Below are positions 17,527 to 24,067 of a DNA stretch of 24,067 nt, in pieces. Each line of letters starts with the position of its first letter. Within the stretch, counting starts at the first letter, position 1. The DNA is from a bacterium (lineage in GTDB: Bacteria; Zhuqueibacterota; Zhuqueibacteria; Oceanimicrobiales; Oceanimicrobiaceae). The stretch covers positions 1-24,067 of the forward strand of contig JBHIAC010000033.1 in assembly GCA_046758365.1 (NCBI GenBank), written 5' to 3'. Under the pieces are notes generated by a model. The model did no database searches, was not told the DNA's origin, and saw only the letters and a program-made list of their open reading frames with translations. Position numbers and translations under genes: made by a program.

Positions 17527-17631
17527 TTACACTAAAACCTCTACTTGACGCGTTTTAATTGTTAGTGGTAGACCTCGTTCCGCACGTACCTCTAGACATA
17601 ATTGAATCGCTTCTTTTACATTCTCTAAAGT
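17527..17631 (-). pseudogene. C-terminal fragment of a HicB-family antitoxin
   Basis: Not in the ORF track. It translates as TLENVKEAIQLCLEVRAERGLPLTIKTRQVEVLV*, the typical second half of short HicB proteins. There is no start codon, an in-frame TAA lies directly upstream, and the stop abuts the batD ATG. Confidence 0.75.
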
Positions 17632-17644
17632 TTAAACCAAATTT

Positions 17645-18397
<753 letters not shown>

Positions 18398-18413
18398 AAT
18401 TTACTCTTTACTA

Positions 18414-18602
18414 TTAGAATTTAGGCTTCAAATTAGCTTGTTTACACAGTTGATTAGCGGTAATTCTATCAAGAGTACGATGTCTTTTGACAGGTATTGT
18501 TTTTGTACCATTTGTATAAATTGAATGATTGCCTCCTTCACGCAGCAAATAAAATCCATTTTTTTCAAAATACTTTATTAAATCACGTCTCTTAACTGAC
18601 AA
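18414..18602 (-). CDS. hicA: HicA family toxin (type II TA)
   Basis: 62 aa, basic, with GF.LLREGGNHSIY and IPVKRH. The TTG start is 1 nt after the hicB stop, with GAGG upstream. Confidence 0.88.
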   Translation of the reverse strand: MSVKRRDLIKYFEKNGFYLLREGGNHSIYTNGTKTIPVKRHRTLDRITANQLCKQANLKPKF

Positions 18603-18603
18603 A

Positions 18604-18822
18604 TTATACCTCTACAGGCAATTGTTCAATTAAACATCCACCAACAGGAATTTCTTTGCCTTGCTGTTGGTAAGCCAAGATCATCTCATTTAATGCATCT
18701 TTTAACATCTCTCTGCACTCTTCAAGTGTTATCCCTTCCGTAACAACTTCTGGCCACTCGATGATTTGACCCATATATCCAGAATTTATTTTGGTATATT
18801 TTGCGGTGTAATTGCTTTTCAT
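18604..18822 (-). CDS. hicB: HicB family antitoxin (short form lacking a DNA-binding domain)
   Basis: 72 aa, YMGQIIEWPEVVTEGITLEECREMLKDAL...GKEIP. It lies upstream of hicA. Confidence 0.88.
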   Translation of the reverse strand: MKSNYTAKYTKINSGYMGQIIEWPEVVTEGITLEECREMLKDALNEMILAYQQQGKEIPVGGCLIEQLPVEV

Positions 18823-18841
18823 ATTTATGATCCCTTTAAAT

Positions 18842-18870
18842 ATTATATAATAAAATTTGATATCTATGAA
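18842..18870 (-). promoter_or_regulatory. Possible internal sigma70 promoter for hicBA
   Basis: Minus strand TTCATA, 17-nt spacer, perfect TATAAT (18847-18842), 20 nt before the hicB ATG. The AT-rich context lowers specificity. Confidence 0.4.
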
Positions 18871-18879
18871 ATTAAGAAT

Positions 18880-19917
18880 TTATAAAAACCTCCCCCGCCA
18901 TTCCGCTTTCACTTTCTTTCTTTCCGGAATAAAAACTTCAATCAAAAGGAAAAAAATGGCAAAAATTAAAATATATTGAAACCGATCTTCATATTGAGAA
19001 AATTTCATGGAGGCCAACTCCTTTTTCTCCATCTTTGAAATTTCATTATAAACCAATTCTAATTTAACTTCACCCGTGGTAGATTGATAATACTTACCAC
19101 CAGAGCTAAGCGCAATTTTTTCCAGGGTTATGGCATCAAGCTTCGTGAGGACAACCTCTCCCTTACGATCTTTTTTTAATCCTTTTTGATTCCCGCGTTC
19201 ATCATATAAAGGAATAGGAACCCCTTTTGGAGAACCAATGCCGATGGTATAAATTACCACGCCTTCTCGATCTGCGGCTTCCGCATATTTATCAGCATCA
19301 CTGCCGTGGTCCTCGCCATCTGTGATCAACACTAAAACTTTATACTTCCGCTCTTGCGATTCAAAATTTTTCATGGCCAAAGTAATAGCCTCACTCAAAT
19401 TCGTCCCCGGCTCTGGTATTAAACTTGGGTCCATTATTTCCAAAAAAATTTTTGCAGCACCATAATCTAATGTTAAAGGACACTGAACAAAAGCTTCGCC
19501 CGCAAAAGCAATTAACCCAATTCTGTCTCCTTCTAACAAATCAATGAAAGCTGAAATCTCATGCTTGGCTTTAGCTAACCGATTGGGTTTAATATCTTCA
19601 GCCAGCATGGATAAAGAAACATCAAGCGCCACAATAATATCCACGCCTTCTCGCTTTACTTCCTCTAATCTTGTTCCTATTTGAGGCCTAGCCAAAGCTA
19701 AAGTCATAAATATAATTCCAAAAAGAATCAACGTAGCTTTCAAAACCTGTCTAGCACGACTAGTAGAACGACTTAGCTTTTCTACCAATTCAAGATTGCC
19801 AAATCGTCTCATCGCCCGTTTTTTCCACTTAAATACAAAGTAGAAAAATGCCACAAAGATAGGAATCAAAAAAAGTATAAATAAATAATCACTATTGGCA
19901 AATATAAAACTTTGCAT
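18880..19917 (-). CDS. batB: BatB: vWA domain membrane protein
   Basis: ALARPQ, MIDAS DVSLSM, KPNRL, DRIGLIAFAG, LITDGEDH, and TM helices at both ends. Confidence 0.9.
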   Translation of the reverse strand: MQSFIFANSDYLFILFLIPIFVAFFYFVFKWKKRAMRRFGNLELVEKLSRSTSRARQVLKATLILFGIIFMTLALARPQIGTRLEEVKREGVDIIVALDVSLSMLAEDIKPNRLAKAKHEISAFIDLLEGDRIGLIAFAGEAFVQCPLTLDYGAAKIFLEIMDPSLIPEPGTNLSEAITLAMKNFESQERKYKVLVLITDGEDHGSDADKYAEAADREGVVIYTIGIGSPKGVPIPLYDERGNQKGLKKDRKGEVVLTKLDAITLEKIALSSGGKYYQSTTGEVKLELVYNEISKMEKKELASMKFSQYEDRFQYILIFAIFFLLIEVFIPERKKVKAEWRGRFL

Positions 19918-19919
19918 CT

Positions 19920-20915
19920 TTAAGGAATTTTTCGAAATTTTGTATTTGCTAAAACAATTTCCAAAACTACTAAACCCAAAGCCAAACCAAGATAAGTAAT
20001 AAATAGCTCTTTAAATCTGGTAAACTGTTTAACCTCAATTTTAGTTTTTTCCAATTGGTCAATTTCATTGAAAATTTGATCTAAACTTTGCTTATCCGTG
20101 GCCCTAAAATAACTTCCTTTAGTAATCTTCGCTATTTCTTTCAAAGAAGCCTCATCAATTTGTACGGGCATCGGGACGTAGCGTTTCCCAAATATTGGAT
20201 CATCTACTGGATAAAGTGCATTGCCACGTTTTCCAACTCCAACTGTATATATTCGAATACCAAAAGCTTGGGCCACTTTCGCAGCCGTAATAGGATCCAA
20301 TTGACCTCGATTGTTTTGCCCATCGGTTAAAAGTATAACCACCTTGCTTTTTGCTTTGCTGTCTCGAAGTCGATTGGCGGCATTCGCAATAGCCATTCCA
20401 ATAGCGGTACCATCTTCAATCATACCGCTTTCTACTTTTTCAATAAAATTTAACAAAATGCCGTAATCTAAGGTTAATGGACATTGAGTAAAACTTTTAG
20501 CAGCAAAAACCACTAAGCCTATTCGGTCATTTCTTCTTCCTTCAATAAAATCACCAGCCACCAACTTAGCGGCCTCCAGACGATTTTTAGGTTTAAAATC
20601 TACCGCGAGCATACTACTTGAAATGTCCAGTGCTATAATAATATCAATGCCCTCGGTAATCACTTCTTGTTCCGTTCGACCAGATTGAGGTCTGGCAAAA
20701 CAAATAATCAATAGTGAAATAACCAATAGCCTTAAAGCAAAAATTATATGACGGTATTTCTTTTTACTTGAGGCTTTTCCCACATTTTTTACCAATCCTA
20801 TATTAGAATACCTCAATGATCCTTCGCGATTCTTATTTTTTCTAAGATACCAAAATATCAAGAAAGGTATTATAACAAATAAAGATAAAAATTCTGGATT
20901 AGCAAATCGCAGCAT
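19920..20915 (-). CDS. batA: BatA: vWA domain membrane protein
   Basis: FANP N-terminus, ARPQ, DISSSM, DGTAIG, LLTDGQNN, IYTVGVG, YFRAT. Confidence 0.92.
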   Translation of the reverse strand: MLRFANPEFLSLFVIIPFLIFWYLRKNKNREGSLRYSNIGLVKNVGKASSKKKYRHIIFALRLLVISLLIICFARPQSGRTEQEVITEGIDIIIALDISSSMLAVDFKPKNRLEAAKLVAGDFIEGRRNDRIGLVVFAAKSFTQCPLTLDYGILLNFIEKVESGMIEDGTAIGMAIANAANRLRDSKAKSKVVILLTDGQNNRGQLDPITAAKVAQAFGIRIYTVGVGKRGNALYPVDDPIFGKRYVPMPVQIDEASLKEIAKITKGSYFRATDKQSLDQIFNEIDQLEKTKIEVKQFTRFKELFITYLGLALGLVVLEIVLANTKFRKIP

Positions 20916-20918
20916 AGT

Positions 20919-21956
20919 TTAATTCTGTTCCTCTAAAGTTTCGAGTAATTCTTTGTTATTTTCTAAATCGGCTTCTTCAGATTGTTCTTCAGGAGTTATC
21001 TTCTCTATCTCTGGTTTATAATACACTATTTTTGTTCTCTCAACAATTTCAAATGCTTTATTGATTGTAGAAGCGTGTTCTTCCTCCGTTGGTTTATATT
21101 TGGCAAATTTCACCAAATCGCAAATGTCCAGAAATTCGATTATTAATTGCACATTCTCAGGTTCAATTTCTGCAGATTTTAGATTTTCTATCAAATCGAA
21201 GGTGGTCATTTCTAAGGCTATAATAAAATAACGCCCTTCTATGTAACGACGAATGATCTCGGATATTTTTATATAAAATTCTTTAACTTTTCCTGCTGCC
21301 AATAAAGATGAATCCTTTAAGGCATTCAATTCATCCAACGCCACCTCGTGAGCCGGTCGTCGGGGTTTTTCCTTTTTAGGGAGCAGAGCTTTTCCTGCTT
21401 TTTTTCTTCTCCAGATGTAAAATGCCAATAAAGCTAAAATTAATATCCCCAGACCCAAAGCCCCCCAAAGAATCAGCTTGCGATAGTTTTTAGGTAAATT
21501 CATTGGGACTTTAATATCCCGAATGTCACCTGCAACACTAGGGTTTAAGCTTTCTACTAAGATTTTAATCTTATTCGTACGTAAAACTTTTTTGGTGGTA
21601 TCGCCAGGGATAACGAAATGAAATTCTAAGGGAGGTATTTCAAATTCTCCAACATCAAAAGTGGAAATAAAGTAATCGATACGTTCAACAATTTGATCAT
21701 CCACTTGCTCTTTATCGTATTCCTTGTAATCCCGAATTTCAAATGCTCCAAGATTATCAGCCAAGGGAGGTTTTTCTACTTGGACTTCATTCGCATACTC
21801 GACAATAATCGTGTAAGTCACAACGTCGCCGATCGTAATAGTACTTTTATCCACATCCGATTTAACAGAGTATCTACTTTGCTGTTGACCACGCAGGTTT
21901 CCTATAAGTAAAATTGTTAAGGCCAATAATAGGCTGAACTTGGTTATTAATTTCAT
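20919..21956 (-). CDS. Bat-operon membrane protein (BatD-like Ig N-domain, single TM, DUF4381-like C-region)
   Basis: Signal peptide, DIRDIK before the TM helix, PAHEVALDEL, IIRRYIE, EMTT, DLVKFAK. It sits in the usual position upstream of batA. Confidence 0.8.
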   Translation of the reverse strand: MKLITKFSLLLALTILLIGNLRGQQQSRYSVKSDVDKSTITIGDVVTYTIIVEYANEVQVEKPPLADNLGAFEIRDYKEYDKEQVDDQIVERIDYFISTFDVGEFEIPPLEFHFVIPGDTTKKVLRTNKIKILVESLNPSVAGDIRDIKVPMNLPKNYRKLILWGALGLGILILALLAFYIWRRKKAGKALLPKKEKPRRPAHEVALDELNALKDSSLLAAGKVKEFYIKISEIIRRYIEGRYFIIALEMTTFDLIENLKSAEIEPENVQLIIEFLDICDLVKFAKYKPTEEEHASTINKAFEIVERTKIVYYKPEIEKITPEEQSEEADLENNKELLETLEEQN

Positions 21957-22027
21957 AAAAGGATTATCCCTTCTATCGAGAAGAACATAAGTAACAATTC
22001 TTTAGAGTAAATACAATGTCAAAGAAT

Positions 22028-22091
22028 AAATCCGAAAATCTAATATCGAAATTCGAAACAAATTCAAAATCCTAATACCAAATGTTCAAAA
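22028..22091 (-). repeat. Degenerate 7-nt periodic repeat tract (consensus about WTTCGAW)
   Basis: Minus strand TTTTGAAC/ATTTGGT/ATTAGGA/TTTTGAA/TTTG/TTTCGAA/TTTCGAT/ATTAGAT/TTTCGGA/TTT, directly after the stop of the four-helix-bundle relic. Confidence 0.7.
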
Positions 22092-22232
22092 CTATTCGCT
22101 CTTTCGTAAGATAGAGCCAAATATATTCATAGCTATCGTTTTACGTAATTTCTTTACGAAGCGTCTAACTTTTTTTGCGAAGGCAAGCGTACGATCCTCG
22201 AAATCATAGGTAGAGGGTATAATTATTTTTGA
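22092..22232 (-). pseudogene. Internally deleted four-helix-bundle (23S rRNA IVP/Avd-like) protein gene
   Basis: Not in the ORF track. It translates as ...YDFEDRTLAFAKKVRRFVKKLRKTIA|MNIFGSILRKSE*. This joins the family's first helix (YDLEERT..FA) to its last residues, without the central QL.RS..S.GAN..EA core. No ATG start. Confidence 0.75.
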
Positions 22233-22237
22233 TTATC

Positions 22238-23182
22238 TTATTCGAGTCTATCTTCGTAAATTTTCACTGCTTCTGCACGCATCATTCTTTGTACCAATTG
22301 ATCATAGACCTCCTGCTGTCGCTCTCGAATGAGGTCTTGCATGACCTGTGTCTTCACTTCTTCAAAGGGTCTAATTTCGATAATCTTGCCTTCTTTATCT
22401 TTTTTAGCATATTTTTCTTTGTTGGCTTTGTAATAAAGTTCGACATCTGAATCATGAATATTTACATTTTGAGAAATTTCTTCCTTTAATAGCATCTGGA
22501 CCATAAAGTTTTTTTTAGCTTGAAATGCTGCATCAATCACCTCTTTATCTTTATCCAATCCTTTTCGCTTAGCCGTATCATAAAGTAGTTCGGTTGCAAT
22601 ATACTGCTTTAGAAACTCAATTTTTTTACTTTTATCAGAAATTTGAGATTTCATGTAAGGTGGAAGTTGATTTATCTCGTGATCCAAATCCCCCATGGTA
22701 ATTTCTTTTTTTCCTATTTTAGCAATTACCGCGCCTGGGCGTCTCGGTCGAGCTTGAGAAGGCTCTAAAAGGGCTGCTTCTTCAAGAGCCTGTTGGGCGT
22801 CGGCAGACCTTTCTAATCGTTCAAGACATTCCACTATTTTTTTGCTCACTTCATCCGAGAGTGGACTTTCAGGGTAAAAATGTTTAATCTTCAAATAATA
22901 AGCAAGCGCATTTTCATAATCTTTCAATCTTTCAAAATAGATGTCGCCGATGATGTAGTTTATGTTGGCAGATTCATCATCACTTAATATATAATTTGTC
23001 AAATAATACGTATATTCATCTAACGCTTGATGATACAACTGTCGGTTATAAAGTACATTAGCAAACTCTCGGATTCGGCTGCCCTCGATTTTTGGTTCGG
23101 ATTTTTGTTGACACCCTGACACAAATAATATGATGATTAATACAAGAGAAAACTTTAAGAAAAGCTTTTTTATTAAATCCAT
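22238..23182 (-). CDS. Lipoprotein with a TPR domain and a SurA/PrsA-like chaperone scaffold lacking a parvulin domain
   Basis: Lipobox FVSGC, TPR (YIIGDIYFERLKDYENALAYY), VIAKIGKKEIT, ELLYDTAKRKGL, and VELYYKANKEKY joined closely to RPFEEVK. Confidence 0.7.
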   Translation of the reverse strand: MDLIKKLFLKFSLVLIIILFVSGCQQKSEPKIEGSRIREFANVLYNRQLYHQALDEYTYYLTNYILSDDESANINYIIGDIYFERLKDYENALAYYLKIKHFYPESPLSDEVSKKIVECLERLERSADAQQALEEAALLEPSQARPRRPGAVIAKIGKKEITMGDLDHEINQLPPYMKSQISDKSKKIEFLKQYIATELLYDTAKRKGLDKDKEVIDAAFQAKKNFMVQMLLKEEISQNVNIHDSDVELYYKANKEKYAKKDKEGKIIEIRPFEEVKTQVMQDLIRERQQEVYDQLVQRMMRAEAVKIYEDRLE

Positions 23183-23297
23183 TCCTCATTCCTTTTTTAA
23201 ATCAATAAATTAAGATTATACTTTCTATTCAGAAAAATATAAAAACAACATAGAGCCCTTAGCTAAGAGAGGTATAATCAGATAAATTATTACGCCT

Positions 23298-24067
23298 CTA
23301 ACGAAAACGTTTAGCCCGCATTCTAAAAAATTGAATTAAGGGTTCAATGTAAGATACATCTGTACGAATGTCAATATAGTCCACATTCATAGAATTAAGA
23401 AGCCTCTCTTGTTCTGATTTATATTGTTTCCTTTCAGAGGTAAAGGATTGTCGGAGAATTGAATCAGTGGTATCTAATAAAACAATTTCACCTGTTTCTG
23501 CATCTTCTAATTCAACAATACCAATATCAGGTAGTTCCATCTCCCTGGGATCCGTAATAGTGATAGCCACCAGATCATGGCGTTTATTTGCGATCTGCAT
23601 GGCCTTTTTATAATCTTCAGCAATGAAGTCAGAAACAAGAAAAACCACTGCACGTCGGGAAATCACTTGACTCAAATATTCCAAGGCTAAAGAAATATCT
23701 GTACCTCTACCCTGGGGTTCGTGATATAAAAGTTCTCGTAAAACTCTTAAGACATGGCTCTTACCTTTTTTGGGTGGAACAAATTTTTCAATGCGATCGG
23801 TGAAAATGATTAAGCCCACCTTATCATTATTTTTAATGGCAGAAAAGGCCAACAGAGCGCAAATCTCTATGGCGATTTCCCCTTTCATCCGTTCAACAGT
23901 GCCGAAATTTCCCGAAGAGCTTACATCCACCAACAGCATGACGGTAAGCTCCCTTTCTTCTTCAAATATTTTGACATAAGGATGTCCCATTCGAGCCGTA
24001 ACATTCCAGTCAATGGTGCGGATGTCATCCCCTATTTGGTACTCCCGCACTTCGGAAAATTCCATGC
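23298..24067 (-). CDS. DUF58 domain-containing protein (MoxR-associated; 5' end outside the window)
   Basis: GMEFSEVREYQIGDDIRTIDWNVTAR, FEEERE, DVSSS, VSDF, DAETGE. Confidence 0.92.
   Translation of the reverse strand, partial: MEFSEVREYQIGDDIRTIDWNVTARMGHPYVKIFEEERELTVMLLVDVSSSGNFGTVERMKGEIAIEICALLAFSAIKNNDKVGLIIFTDRIEKFVPPKKGKSHVLRVLRELLYHEPQGRGTDISLALEYLSQVISRRAVVFLVSDFIAEDYKKAMQIANKRHDLVAITITDPREMELPDIGIVELEDAETGEIVLLDTTDSILRQSFTSERKQYKSEQERLLNSMNVDYIDIRTDVSYIEPLIQFFRMRAKRFR

Noticed and set aside
22028..22091. Possible CRISPR array or diversity-generating retroelement near the Avd-like relic
   Set aside because: The repeats are degenerate 7-mers without spacers, and no cas gene, reverse transcriptase or TR/VR pair is visible in the window.

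Overview
AT-rich bacterial window in which every credible gene lies on the minus strand. The gene content (Bat/vWA operon, GWxTD-TPR protein, FadL-like barrel, TonB, many lipoproteins) fits a diderm of the FCB/KSB1/Calditrichota type; this taxonomy is an inference. In transcription order (right to left) the window holds: DUF58 (partial), a TPR/SurA-like lipoprotein, a Bat-associated membrane protein, batA, batB, an inserted hicB-hicA pair, batC, batD, batE, tonB, a sigma54-preceded Tyr-rich/basic lipoprotein plus FadL-like barrel, a hypothetical lipoprotein, a GWxTD/TPR protein, an UshA-like/tetraheme cytochrome c fusion, an SDR, an AAA ATPase with a damaged partner, a YjbH-like barrel, a penicillin acylase-family enzyme and the 5' end of a yhaM-like gene. 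The main hidden feature is that the ORF track truncates the UshA-cytochrome gene. It probably starts at 7654 and reads through an in-frame TGA (7499-7501) in a C-G-U motif followed by SECIS-like hairpins, making it a probable exported multiheme selenoprotein. The intergenic gaps hold unannotated relics: a HicB C-terminal fragment, an internally deleted four-helix-bundle gene with 7-nt periodic repeats, and an interrupted DUF4276-like gene.
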